64,000 nucleotides of DNA, from NCBI GenBank assembly GCA_025999395.1, contig AP024682.1:237638-301637 (forward strand). The letters run 5' to 3'. Source of the stretch: Candidatus Parcubacteria bacterium (GTDB lineage: Bacteria > Patescibacteriota > Minisyncoccia > UBA6257 > JAGOQP01). The position numbers and the translations under genes were made by a program. Under the pieces are notes generated by a model. That model made no database searches and was not told where the DNA came from. It worked only from the letters and a program-made list of their open reading frames with translations. Shown here in pieces: positions 27,082 to 35,598 of this stretch (positions are counted from its first letter, which is position 1; every line of letters begins with the position of its first letter).

Positions 27082-27929
27082 AAAAGAAATTTTTTATTTT
27101 TGGTTTAGGAGCTCTTCTTTTCTTTAATATCTTAGCTTGGCGGCTGGTTTTTGAAGGTAATAAAAATGAGGTAGCCGCTTACTTTCTTGATGTTGGTCAA
27201 GGAGATAGCCAGTTAATTAAGATTAATCAAGCTAATTTTTTAATTGATGCTGGAAGAAACGATTTGGTTTTAAAGAATCTTGAAAGAATTCTCCCTTTTT
27301 ACCAAAAGAGAATTGATGTTCTTTTTATTTCTCATCCTCAAGAGGATCATGTTAAAGGCATTTTTTCTTTGGTAAGGAATTATGAAATTGGAGCAGTTAT
27401 TTTTAATGGACAGGAAATAAGTTTCTGGCCAAAGTTAGCTTCACTTTTTAAGGCTAACAATATTCCTTTTTTTGCTTTAACAAAGGGTGATGAGGTTGTT
27501 TTTGGAAAAAATTACTTTCAGATTCTTTGGCCAGAGACTAATTTTGGAGGTAAGCTTGATGAAAATGACGCTTCTTTAGTAGTAGCCTTTAGAAGTAATT
27601 ATTTTTCTGCTCTTTTTTTAGGAGATATTTCATCTAAGGTGGAAAAGATTCTTCTAAACTCGTTTGATTTTTCCAAAATCAAAGTTGATGTTTTAAAGGT
27701 AGCTCATCATGGATCGAAATATTCCTCGGATTTTAATTTTTTGAAAGCGGTGTCTCCTAAAGTAGCGGTAATAGAGGTAGGAAAAAATTCTTACGGCCAT
27801 CCCACTTCTGAGGTTTTAGAAAGACTAGCTAATTTAAAGATAGAAGTTTTTAGAACCGATAAGGATGGAATAGTTAAAATTTTTAGTGAGAATAATCTAT
27901 TGAAAGTAGCAAAATCTCTCTCAAATTGA
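27078..27929 (+). CDS. comEC: ComEC C-terminal metallo-beta-lactamase domain as a separate ORF. It overlaps the previous ORF by ATGA.
   Basis: FLDVGQGDSQLIKI, ISHPQEDHVKG (HxHxDH-like) and VAHHGS. It has an N-terminal TM of its own. Confidence 0.7.
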   Translation: MKKKFFIFGLGALLFFNILAWRLVFEGNKNEVAAYFLDVGQGDSQLIKINQANFLIDAGRNDLVLKNLERILPFYQKRIDVLFISHPQEDHVKGIFSLVRNYEIGAVIFNGQEISFWPKLASLFKANNIPFFALTKGDEVVFGKNYFQILWPETNFGGKLDENDASLVVAFRSNYFSALFLGDISSKVEKILLNSFDFSKIKVDVLKVAHHGSKYSSDFNFLKAVSPKVAVIEVGKNSYGHPTSEVLERLANLKIEVFRTDKDGIVKIFSENNLLKVAKSLSN

Positions 27930-27975
27930 TTTTTAAAAATTTTGATTTTTTCTGCTTTTTTGATATTCTAAGCTT

Positions 27976-29409
27976 ATGTTGAAAATGTGGATAAAAGAAG
28001 TTACTCAAAAGGTTGGAGAGGAAGTGGAGTTACTAGGATGGGTGGCTAATCGTCGCGATCACGGAAAATTGGTTTTTATTGATTTACGTGACAGAAGCGC
28101 AATTTGTCAGGTGGTTTTTTCTCCTGCCTCGGGAGAAAGGGTTTATCAAGAAGCTCAAAGATTAAGGGGCGAGTGGGTGATTAAGGTTAAAGGAATAGTT
28201 AAAGAAAGGCCAGCGGGAATGATCAACGAAAAAATTCCTACCGGCAAGGTGGAAATTGAGGCACAGGATTTGGAAATTATTAATCAAGCCCAAACCCTTC
28301 CTTTTGATGTTGGCGGGGATGGTTATGAAATTGGAGAAGAAATTAGAATGAGATATCGCTATCTTGATTTAAGAAGACCTCGTCTCCAAAAAAATCTTCT
28401 TCAAAGAAATAAGATTATTAAGTTTTTTAGAGATTTTTTGGAGAAGAAAGATTTTATTGAAGTAGAAACTCCTATTATTACCAAATCAACTCCTGAAGGA
28501 GCCAGAGATTATTTAGTTCCCTCCCGTCTTTATCCGGGAAAGTTTTATGCTTTACCTCAATCACCTCAGCAATACAAACAGCTTTTAATGGTGGCCGGAG
28601 TTGAAAGATATTTTCAGATTGCTCGCTGTTTTCGAGACGAGGACACTCGCGGCGACAGACAACCAGAATTTACTCAGTTAGATCTAGAAATGAGTTTTGT
28701 AGAAGAAGAAGATGTTTTGTCTTTGATTGAGGAGCTTTATTTGGAAATGATTAAAGCTCTTTATCCTCAAAAAAAAGTTAATTTAGATGAAAACGGCAGA
28801 ATTCCTCGAATGTCTTATCAGGAAGCGATGGAGAAATACAATTCTGATAAGCCTGATTTAAGAAAAGACAAAAACGATCCTGACGAGTTAGCTTTTCTTT
28901 TTATAGTTGATTTCCCAATGTTTGAATGGAGCGAAACTGAAAAAAGATGGGATGCGGTTCATCATCCTTTTACTGCTCCTAAACTTCCCAATGGTTCCTT
29001 AGAAAAGGAAAAGATTCTTGAGTTTTTAAGAAACGATCCAGGAAAGCTTTTGGCTCGTCAATACGATTTTGTTTTAAATGGCTATGAAATTGGCGGCGGC
29101 TCGATCAGGACTCATGATCCGGAAATTTTGGAAGCGGTTTTTGAAACAATGGGTAATAAGCCCGAGGAAATAAAAGAAAAATTTGGTCATATGCTTGAAG
29201 CTTTTTCTTATGGAGTTCCTCCTCACGGGGGAATTGCTCCCGGGATTGATAGATTGGTAATGATTTTAGAAAACGAACCCAATATTCGAGAGGTGATTGC
29301 TTTTCCTAAAACGGGAGATGGGAGGGATTTGATGATGAATTCTCCCAGTGAAGTTAGAGAAGAACAACTTAAGGAATTGGGAATTGAGATTTCTAAAAAA
29401 GAAAAGTAA
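27976..29409 (+). CDS. aspS: Aspartyl-tRNA synthetase, a short 477-aa form lacking the GAD insertion.
   Basis: N-terminal OB fold FIDLRDRSAICQVVF, motif 2 FQIARCFRDED, motif 3 GGIAPGIDRLVM. Confidence 0.85.
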   Translation: MLKMWIKEVTQKVGEEVELLGWVANRRDHGKLVFIDLRDRSAICQVVFSPASGERVYQEAQRLRGEWVIKVKGIVKERPAGMINEKIPTGKVEIEAQDLEIINQAQTLPFDVGGDGYEIGEEIRMRYRYLDLRRPRLQKNLLQRNKIIKFFRDFLEKKDFIEVETPIITKSTPEGARDYLVPSRLYPGKFYALPQSPQQYKQLLMVAGVERYFQIARCFRDEDTRGDRQPEFTQLDLEMSFVEEEDVLSLIEELYLEMIKALYPQKKVNLDENGRIPRMSYQEAMEKYNSDKPDLRKDKNDPDELAFLFIVDFPMFEWSETEKRWDAVHHPFTAPKLPNGSLEKEKILEFLRNDPGKLLARQYDFVLNGYEIGGGSIRTHDPEILEAVFETMGNKPEEIKEKFGHMLEAFSYGVPPHGGIAPGIDRLVMILENEPNIREVIAFPKTGDGRDLMMNSPSEVREEQLKELGIEISKKEK

Positions 29410-29438
29410 TTAGAAATTAAAATTAATTATTTTCTAAT

Positions 29439-30035
29439 ATGTTGTGGAAAGAAAGAACCTTGGTGCTTCTTAAACCCGATGCCGTCCAAAGGAATTTGAT
29501 CGGTGAAATTATTACTCGTTTTGAAAGGGTAGGACTAAAAATTATTGCTATGAAGTTTCTTATTCCCACCAAAGAACAAGCTTATAAACACTATGTTAAA
29601 AATGAGGAGGAAATTGAGGCTTTGGGTAAGCGATCAATTGAGGGGAAGAAAAAATCCGGGATCGAAACCAACGAAGATCCCAAAGAATTAGGACAAAAAA
29701 TTATTGATCGATTAGTAAGATTTCTTTCCTCAGGGCCGATTGTGGCAATGGTTTTGGAGGGTAATCAGGCAGTAGCAATTGTAAGAAAGTTGGTGGGTTC
29801 AACCGAGCCCCTTCAGTCAGATGTAGGAACAATTAGAGGAGATTTTACTTTGGATTCCTATGCAATTGCTGATAATGATAATCGAGCGGTGAGAAACTTA
29901 GTCCATGCTTCTTCTTCGGTTGCGGAAGCTGAGTATGAAATTAAGGTTTGGTTTGATGAAAAAGAAATTTTTAGTTACAATAGCGTTAGAGACAGAGTTC
30001 TTTATGATGTTAATTTAGATAACATCAACGAATAA
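29439..30035 (+). CDS. ndk: Nucleoside diphosphate kinase with an insertion of about 40 aa.
   Basis: LVLLKPDAVQRNLIG, SGPIVAMVLEG, GTIRGDF, and the active-site His in NLVHASSS. Confidence 0.8.
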   Translation: MLWKERTLVLLKPDAVQRNLIGEIITRFERVGLKIIAMKFLIPTKEQAYKHYVKNEEEIEALGKRSIEGKKKSGIETNEDPKELGQKIIDRLVRFLSSGPIVAMVLEGNQAVAIVRKLVGSTEPLQSDVGTIRGDFTLDSYAIADNDNRAVRNLVHASSSVAEAEYEIKVWFDEKEIFSYNSVRDRVLYDVNLDNINE

Positions 30036-30054
30036 TAATTAAAAAAAACAATTT

Positions 30055-30465
30055 ATGAAAAAAGAAAACTTTCCTCCTTTGGGAGAAAACAACCAAGAAG
30101 AAAAACCTCAAGAACCTTTAGATTTAGATGAATTTATGATTCCTACCGTTTTGAGAAATCAGGGTCAAGAGATTCCTCATTTTAAAATTGAGGAAGGAGC
30201 CGAAGAAAATCCTGATAATTTATTAGTTCCTACTCTTTTACGGCAAGCTTTGAGGGGAGAAAGAGGGGTTAAATTAACAAAAGATTTGGCTAAAAAAGCG
30301 GTGGAAATGGCAGTTGAAGCAATTGCCGCTGGTAACAATGATTTCAAAGATTTGTTGAATGCCATTTTAAAACTTAACTCGGGTGAATCGTTGAACGAAG
30401 AAGAAGCAGAGATGATAATCGATTTGATAGCTCAAGCCAGAAAGAGAGAGAAAGAAAATCTCTAA
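30055..30465 (+). CDS. Hypothetical acidic protein.
   Basis: 136 aa with good coding-like periodicity and no recognisable motif. Confidence 0.35.
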   Translation: MKKENFPPLGENNQEEKPQEPLDLDEFMIPTVLRNQGQEIPHFKIEEGAEENPDNLLVPTLLRQALRGERGVKLTKDLAKKAVEMAVEAIAAGNNDFKDLLNAILKLNSGESLNEEEAEMIIDLIAQARKREKENL

Positions 30466-30483
30466 TTTTTTTCAAAAAGAATT

Positions 30484-30512
30484 TGACTTTTTGGGATGGT
30501 ATTTGATAATGT
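30484..30512 (+). promoter_or_regulatory. Promoter-like TTGACT...TGATAAT placing a transcription start near 30517.
   Basis: TTGACT at 30484-30489 and GATAAT at 30505-30510 (a 15-nt spacer, preceded by TG). Weak to moderate. Confidence 0.3.
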
Positions 30513-30516
30513 AAGT

Positions 30517-30641
30517 GAGCCCTGCCGAAAAGATTCTCGGATTAGCCGTTTTTAAAGGGAGGGCAACAGCATTCTAACCCGTGGGTTAGAATTGAGCCCA
30601 CCCACCTGGCTTTAGAGCTGGGAAATCTTTAGGCGGGGCTC
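30517..30641 (+). ncRNA. Candidate structured RNA of about 125 nt whose 5' and 3' ends pair. It is either a small ncRNA or the 5' leader of rpmB. Family unassigned.
   Basis: GAGCCCUGCC (30517-30526) pairs with GGCGGGGCUC (30632-30641) over 10 bp including one G-U. There is an internal perfect 8-bp hairpin UUCUAACC-cgug-GGUUAGAA (30572-30591). The region has no ORF on either strand, is GC-richer than its surroundings, and sits directly after the promoter-like element. Confidence 0.25.
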
Positions 30642-30691
30642 TTAGCGTATAGAAAATGCTTTTAAGTTTTAATTAAATGTTTTGAAAATTT

Positions 30692-30886
30692 ATGAGAGAA
30701 TGTGAAATTTGCAAAAAAGGTTCTATAGTAGCTCGAAGACGTCATAAATTAAGAGGGAAATATAATCCTACTCCTCAATCTCGCCGATATCCTAATCTTC
30801 AAAAGGTAAGGCTTCCTAATGGAAAAAGGGTTTTAGCCTGCACTCAATGTATTAAAACACTAGCTAAAAAGGTTTCTGTAAAATAG
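30692..30886 (+). CDS. rpmB: 50S ribosomal protein L28.
   Basis: CEICKKG...RRYPNLQKVRL...RVLACTQCIK matches the L28 pattern. Confidence 0.8.
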   Translation: MRECEICKKGSIVARRRHKLRGKYNPTPQSRRYPNLQKVRLPNGKRVLACTQCIKTLAKKVSVK

Positions 30887-30917
30887 TTAGTTGTTTTTTG
30901 CTAGTGAAAAAATTAAG

Positions 30918-30988
30918 CGGGCTGTAGTACAACGGTAGTATACACCCTTGGGGTGGGTGCGACCCGGGTTCAACTCCCGGCAGCCCGA
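30918..30988 (+). tRNA. tRNA-Pro, anticodon GGG.
   Basis: Manual cloverleaf fold. Acceptor CGGGCUG/CAGCCCG. D-arm GUAC/GUAU. Anticodon stem CACCC/GGGUG with loop UUGGGGU (GGG at 34-36, G37). T-arm CCGGG-UUCAACU-CCCGG. Discriminator A. CCA is not encoded. Confidence 0.75.
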
Positions 30989-31124
30989 CTAAAATTAAAC
31001 TATCTTTATTTTTTTAAAAAGCGGTTTTTTGGCTTATATTGTAGAAAAAAATTATTTTTCTTGACATCAAGGTTGGGTTATTTTATTTTTGATCAAGAAC
31101 TCAAGAAAGGAAAGGAGGAGAGAA

Positions 31125-31397
31125 ATGAGAATAAAGCTCGCGCCTATTGTTGTTCCATGTCCCAAGTGTAATATGGCAATAACCATTATTGCCCCGCCTC
31201 TCTTTGGGTATTATTATGAAAACAAAGAGGTTAGGGTAGTAATGGTAGTGGTTGGCTGGTGTGAGTATTGCGAATTACAGGTGACAACAGAATTTTCCTT
31301 AAGGGATACTGTAAAGATTTTCAGGGAGATTGAGAAATTAGCTCAAAATGATATAGGGGAAATCGTTTCCTTCTCAAAGGCAAAAACAACAAACTAG
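31125..31397 (+). CDS. Small zinc-ribbon protein (CPKC...CEYC) with a strong Shine-Dalgarno sequence.
   Basis: AAGGAGGAGAGAAATG: a GGAGG sits 6 nt before ATG 31125. Cys pairs CPKC and CEYC. The listed ORF from 31089 probably starts too early. Confidence 0.4.
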   Translation: MRIKLAPIVVPCPKCNMAITIIAPPLFGYYYENKEVRVVMVVVGWCEYCELQVTTEFSLRDTVKIFREIEKLAQNDIGEIVSFSKAKTTN

Positions 31398-31419
31398 CCC
31401 GACTCTGATCTCATTGTCA

Positions 31420-31447
31420 GCAAGCGCTAAGGCGCTTGCTTTTTTTA
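31420..31447. terminator. Bidirectional rho-independent terminator between convergent genes.
   Basis: GCAAGCGC-taag-GCGCTTGC perfect hairpin flanked by A-rich sequence upstream and T8 downstream. It lies between the 3' ends of the + gene (31397) and the - gene (31458). Confidence 0.6.
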
Positions 31448-31457
31448 TTAAATTTAA

Positions 31458-32495
31458 TTAAGGCTGAAAAATCCATTCAGGCAAAAAATAAACTTTTTTA
31501 ACTTGAGAGAATTGTTTGGCAGTAGCTTCAATCTGAGAGCGGAGAATATTTACCCGGCAAGCACCACCGGAGGTTTTATTGAAACTATCTTCAAACTCTA
31601 AAATTAAAGTGCCATCTGCTTTAAGGTTAATGCTTTTTAGTTTAAGTCCTTCCAAGGGGTACTCTGTGGTTATTCCTTGAGCAATTTCTTCAGGCTTGAG
31701 ATTTTCTCTTCCTTTTAATAAGAGATTTATTGTCTCCTGAATAGGGGTTTTGCTTAAGAAAATTTCTCTTTCAATTGGAGTTAGTCCCGCTGATGAACAC
31801 TTTATATTTCCAAGCTCATCTTTATCTTTTTGGGGGTTGTAGTAGTAAAGCAGCACCTTTCTTCGAGGTATTTCTTTAAATTGAACGGGGATCTCAAAAA
31901 TTTTTTGGTTTTCGGATAATCCCGAAGGGTTGGCGCTTAAAAATTTAAGACTTCCCGAGGAGGTGAGGGGGGGAGTAAAACTTAAAATTCCCTGAAAAGG
32001 AACAAAGCCCTCAGTCATCCAATCTTTTTGAGCAGTTAAGGTTGCTTTTCCTAATAAGTTGTTGGAGGCATCATAAAGCTCTGCTTCGAATTCAGCCTCA
32101 AAAAACCAATTACCTCTTGCTTCTCCGGAAATTAAAAGCGGGCTTTCGATTGGTTTGTAAGCTGGAGGTGAAAAAATTTTGATGTCAGAGGAAGTATCTT
32201 TATTTTGAGAATTAAAATTTATAATTTGGTTTTTGGGAAAAATTAAATTTGGCAAAACAGCAGTGCTTACAAAAACAAAAAGAGCTATGCCTAAAATTAT
32301 AAAGACTTCGATTTTTTTCTTTAAAAAGATCAACCATAAAAGGCAAGCAAAGATAATTGCTAAAGAAAACATTGCTCTAATTCGACTCGATAAGCTCTCG
32401 TTTTTTCCATAGTCAGAAATAAAAAGATTTAATTCTAAAAAAGTAAAAACAAGCCCTATAATAATTGCTAATGTGATTTTCATCGTTTTCCTCAT
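31458..32495 (-). CDS. Membrane-anchored Gmad2/GerMN-like domain protein.
   Basis: N-terminal TM helices. PLLISGEARGNWFFEAEFEAELYDASNNLLGKATLTA resembles the Gmad2 Ig-like domain. The C-terminal part is GerMN-like. Confidence 0.4.
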   Translation of the reverse strand: MRKTMKITLAIIIGLVFTFLELNLFISDYGKNESLSSRIRAMFSLAIIFACLLWLIFLKKKIEVFIILGIALFVFVSTAVLPNLIFPKNQIINFNSQNKDTSSDIKIFSPPAYKPIESPLLISGEARGNWFFEAEFEAELYDASNNLLGKATLTAQKDWMTEGFVPFQGILSFTPPLTSSGSLKFLSANPSGLSENQKIFEIPVQFKEIPRRKVLLYYYNPQKDKDELGNIKCSSAGLTPIEREIFLSKTPIQETINLLLKGRENLKPEEIAQGITTEYPLEGLKLKSINLKADGTLILEFEDSFNKTSGGACRVNILRSQIEATAKQFSQVKKVYFLPEWIFQP

Positions 32496-32577
32496 TTTTT
32501 AATGATAGCCTTTTTTAAAGAAAAAAGCATTTTAAGTTCTAAAGTGGTTCTGATAGAATAAGGGAGCAAAAATTGAC

Positions 32578-34251
32578 TTGTTTAAAGTTAGAAAAATAAA
32601 AAATTGGAATATGGAGGAGATACTTTTTGAAAAACCGATCTTAAGTGAAGAAGAAAGATATTTAATTGAACCTTTTTTTACTAATCTTGATAGATCTGTT
32701 TATGGAGTAACCTTTTTACCCCCGGAAATTGTGGGAGCACTAAGTTCAAGGGCGAGTCGAACCAAAGATGATTTAAGAGTGGTTTTTTTAAATGAATTTA
32801 TTAAGCCTTTTCTTGAAACAGATTATGGAAATTCTTTTCAAGAATTTGCTCACTTTTTGCATCAAAACTCCTTTGAAAAGATTTTCGCCAACCCCAAAGC
32901 TAGAGAATTTTATTTTAAATGGCTTTCGGAGTATGGCGATGACTCAATTGCTCAAATGGCGGGAACTCATCTGGTTTTTTCTTCCCTTTCTCAGTTAGCG
33001 ATAAAACATTTTGAAAACCAAAGAATTGGATTGGCGCCGATTGAAAAATCAACCAGATATGTTGATTTTTCAAGAAAAATTAATAATTCTTATCGCTATT
33101 TTACTCCTCCGGAAATTGAAAAATTTGGCCTCAAACAAGATTATAAAAAAACCTTAGATTTTCTTTTTGAAACTTATTCTTTTCTTTCTCAAAGTTATTT
33201 AGATTTTTTAAAAAATAAGTTTCCTAATGAAAAGGAATTGGTTTTAAAGACAAAAGCTTTTGATGTGGCAAGACTTATTTTACCGGTGGCCACTCTTGGT
33301 CAAGTAGCTTTTTTTGGTAATGGCCAAGCTTTTGAATATCTCATTAGTCGCTCTTTGGAAAGTAACTTAGAAGAAGTGAGATGGGCCGCTCAAAGAGCCT
33401 ACGAGGAACTTTTTAAGGTTATTCCGGCTTTTTTGAGACGACTGGATAAAGAAGAAAGCAAGAGCTACAGAAAATATTTGGGAGAAAGAAAAAGCAGAGT
33501 CAAAGAGGTTTTCAAAGAAATACCTTTTCCTTCAGAAGAAAAAATTTTCCAAGAGGATTCGAAGGTGAGATTACTTGAATATGATCCTTTGGGAGAAGAT
33601 AAAGTAATTGCCGGAATTCTTTATTCTGAAAGCGGGATGAATTTTTCTCAACTTTTAGAAAAAGTAAAGAAACTAACTCTTGAGCAAAAGGAAAGAGTTT
33701 TGGCAAAGATTCTTTCTGACAGAAAATTTCGTTGGTATAAAGTTCCTCGAGCTTTTGAAAATGTTTATTTGCGTTTTGAAATAGAGACAAATATTGGCGC
33801 TTGGCGAGATTTACAAAGGCATCGAATGCAAACTCAACAACACCAAAGGTTTACTATTTCTAATGGTTTTGATGTCCCTCAAGAACTTCGAGAGGCAAGA
33901 TTAGAAAATTCTTTTTTGGAAGCAATAAAAGAAGCGGAAAATCTTTTTGAAAAAGTAAGAAAAATTGATGAAGAAGTGGCTCAATACGTGGTTAGCTTTG
34001 CTCACCGAGTAAGATTTATTCAATATCAAAACTTAAGGCAGTTTTTCTGGGAAACAGAGTTGCGAACCACTCCTCAGGGCCATCCAGATTATAGAAAGGT
34101 TGAGCAAGAGAAGGTAAAACTTGTTCAAAAAATTTATCCTTTAATTTCTAAATATCTTTTGGTTTCTTTTGAAGATTACGATCTTCCTCGTCGCCAAACA
34201 CCAGAAGAAATTCTTAAGCGAGAAAAAGAGTTGAAAGAGGGGAGTGCTTAA
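32578..34251 (+). CDS. thyX: Probable long-form flavin-dependent thymidylate synthase ThyX.
   Basis: RHRMQTQQHQRF aligns with the ThyX signature RHR(x)nSQQSQRY. The catalytic-type domain is in the C-terminal half, as in the 500+ aa ThyX forms. Confidence 0.45.
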   Translation: MFKVRKIKNWNMEEILFEKPILSEEERYLIEPFFTNLDRSVYGVTFLPPEIVGALSSRASRTKDDLRVVFLNEFIKPFLETDYGNSFQEFAHFLHQNSFEKIFANPKAREFYFKWLSEYGDDSIAQMAGTHLVFSSLSQLAIKHFENQRIGLAPIEKSTRYVDFSRKINNSYRYFTPPEIEKFGLKQDYKKTLDFLFETYSFLSQSYLDFLKNKFPNEKELVLKTKAFDVARLILPVATLGQVAFFGNGQAFEYLISRSLESNLEEVRWAAQRAYEELFKVIPAFLRRLDKEESKSYRKYLGERKSRVKEVFKEIPFPSEEKIFQEDSKVRLLEYDPLGEDKVIAGILYSESGMNFSQLLEKVKKLTLEQKERVLAKILSDRKFRWYKVPRAFENVYLRFEIETNIGAWRDLQRHRMQTQQHQRFTISNGFDVPQELREARLENSFLEAIKEAENLFEKVRKIDEEVAQYVVSFAHRVRFIQYQNLRQFFWETELRTTPQGHPDYRKVEQEKVKLVQKIYPLISKYLLVSFEDYDLPRRQTPEEILKREKELKEGSA

Positions 34252-34312
34252 TTTTTCTTTAAACAAAGTTTCTTAAATTTCTGAGGGTTAAAGAAGTTTA
34301 TTTCTTATTTTT

Positions 34313-35578
34313 GTGGTAAAATTTTCTTATATGGAGCAAGAAAAAAGTCTTTCCCAACTTATTAAGGAAAGAATTGAAGCCGGCGAATCGCGAGAAAAGA
34401 TTATAAGCAATCTTATTTTAGAAGGTTATCGGTTTCAGGAAATTCAAGCAGCCTTAGAAGCAATGAAGGAAAGAAATGAATTACCGGCTGATTTTTGGCT
34501 TGAAGGTCAGAAAAAAAAGAAATGGGCTACTTTTCGTCCTTGGGGGAAATATAAGAAAATTGAAGAAAAATTAGAGGAAGATAATCTTTATCCTTTAGAA
34601 AAAAAGCCAGCAAGTCTTTTTTCGAAAAGATGGTTTTGGATTACTTTTTTATCGCTTTTGGGAGTAGGGGCGGCTTTAATTGGGGTATGGTATTTTTTCT
34701 TTTGGCAGTCGCCTCTGGCAATTCTTCAAAGAAGTTTGGTTAGTCTTTCTAGGGTTAACTCTTTAGGTTTTCAATCTTCTTTTCTTTTCAAGATTTCAGA
34801 TTTTAATCTTAATCAAGATGAGTATTTAAAAAATCTTTTTAAAGACTTTAATCAAGAAAGTGGAATAAGAGTTAATCTTGAGGGTTCGCTTAATGCTTTT
34901 GAAGCTTCTTCTCTTAAAAGAGCTTTTTGGATAAAGTTTTTTGATAATCAAGGAAAAAACATTTGGAGTGCTGATTTTATCCAAATTAATCCGAATGAAT
35001 TTTATTTATTAACTAATTTTTATTTAGACAACCAAAAAGAAAAAATTTCTTCTTTTCCTCAAAGTCATTGGTTGAATTTGGCAGAAAGCGGCTCTTCCTC
35101 AGCTTTTCAGCAATTTCTTCCCGTAGATATTTTTAGAAATAGCCTTTCTTTCTATTCTTTCAATAATTCCGATACTCTTCTTCATCTGAAAGAAAGATTA
35201 ATGAATTTGTCTTTGTCTAAGGAGGATTTTCAGGTTTTAGAAAAAGTTTCTTCGGCTGGTTCTTTTTATCAAATTCGAATCCACCCCCAACCGGACTTGA
35301 ATCGTCGGATTTTCTCAATTTTGGAAAATCTTATTTCTTTTGGGGGTTGGTTTAAAGAAAATCAGTTAATTCAGGCCAGCTGGGAATTATGGATAGGGAA
35401 AAATGATTTATTGCCTTATCAAATCAATGTTTTTCTTGATCAAACAAATCAACCCGCTATTCAGATAAAATTAGAGAAATTTAACTATCCTTTTGATATT
35501 AGCCGTCCTTCTTCCTTGCTTTTGCCCGAAGAAATGCTGGAAATCATTCAAGATAGTTTAGAAGAAAGTAATAATTAA
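34313..35578 (+). CDS. Hypothetical single-pass membrane protein.
   Basis: One TM (WFWITFLSLLGVGAALIGVWYFFFW). No recognisable domain. Confidence 0.35.
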   Translation: MVKFSYMEQEKSLSQLIKERIEAGESREKIISNLILEGYRFQEIQAALEAMKERNELPADFWLEGQKKKKWATFRPWGKYKKIEEKLEEDNLYPLEKKPASLFSKRWFWITFLSLLGVGAALIGVWYFFFWQSPLAILQRSLVSLSRVNSLGFQSSFLFKISDFNLNQDEYLKNLFKDFNQESGIRVNLEGSLNAFEASSLKRAFWIKFFDNQGKNIWSADFIQINPNEFYLLTNFYLDNQKEKISSFPQSHWLNLAESGSSSAFQQFLPVDIFRNSLSFYSFNNSDTLLHLKERLMNLSLSKEDFQVLEKVSSAGSFYQIRIHPQPDLNRRIFSILENLISFGGWFKENQLIQASWELWIGKNDLLPYQINVFLDQTNQPAIQIKLEKFNYPFDISRPSSLLLPEEMLEIIQDSLEESNN

Positions 35579-35598
35579 AAAATAATAAGATAACGATT

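Noticed and set aside
27070-27085. Stop-codon reassignment (UGA to Gly, as in some candidate phyla) to explain the split or broken genes.
   Set aside because: TGA terminates ORFs here at plausible protein ends (for example 27079-27081). The in-frame stop between the surface-protein ORFs is TAA, not TGA, and the rpsG and fusA breaks are frameshifts, not stops.
30517-30641. Naming the structured RNA candidate as SRP (4.5S) RNA.
   Set aside because: The size and terminal helix fit, but I could not find the conserved domain IV GGAA/AGCAGCC-type motif or a GNRA tetraloop, so the family is left unassigned.
30953-31171. Listed + ORF overlapping the tRNA-Pro gene.
   Set aside because: It begins inside the tRNA. 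The region is better explained by the tRNA plus the downstream zinc-ribbon ORF starting at 31125.
30887-31457. Integrated element or prophage remnant at tRNA-Pro.
   Set aside because: There is no integrase, no tRNA 3'-end duplication, and only about 450 bp before a convergent host gene. It is retained only as a low-interest finding.
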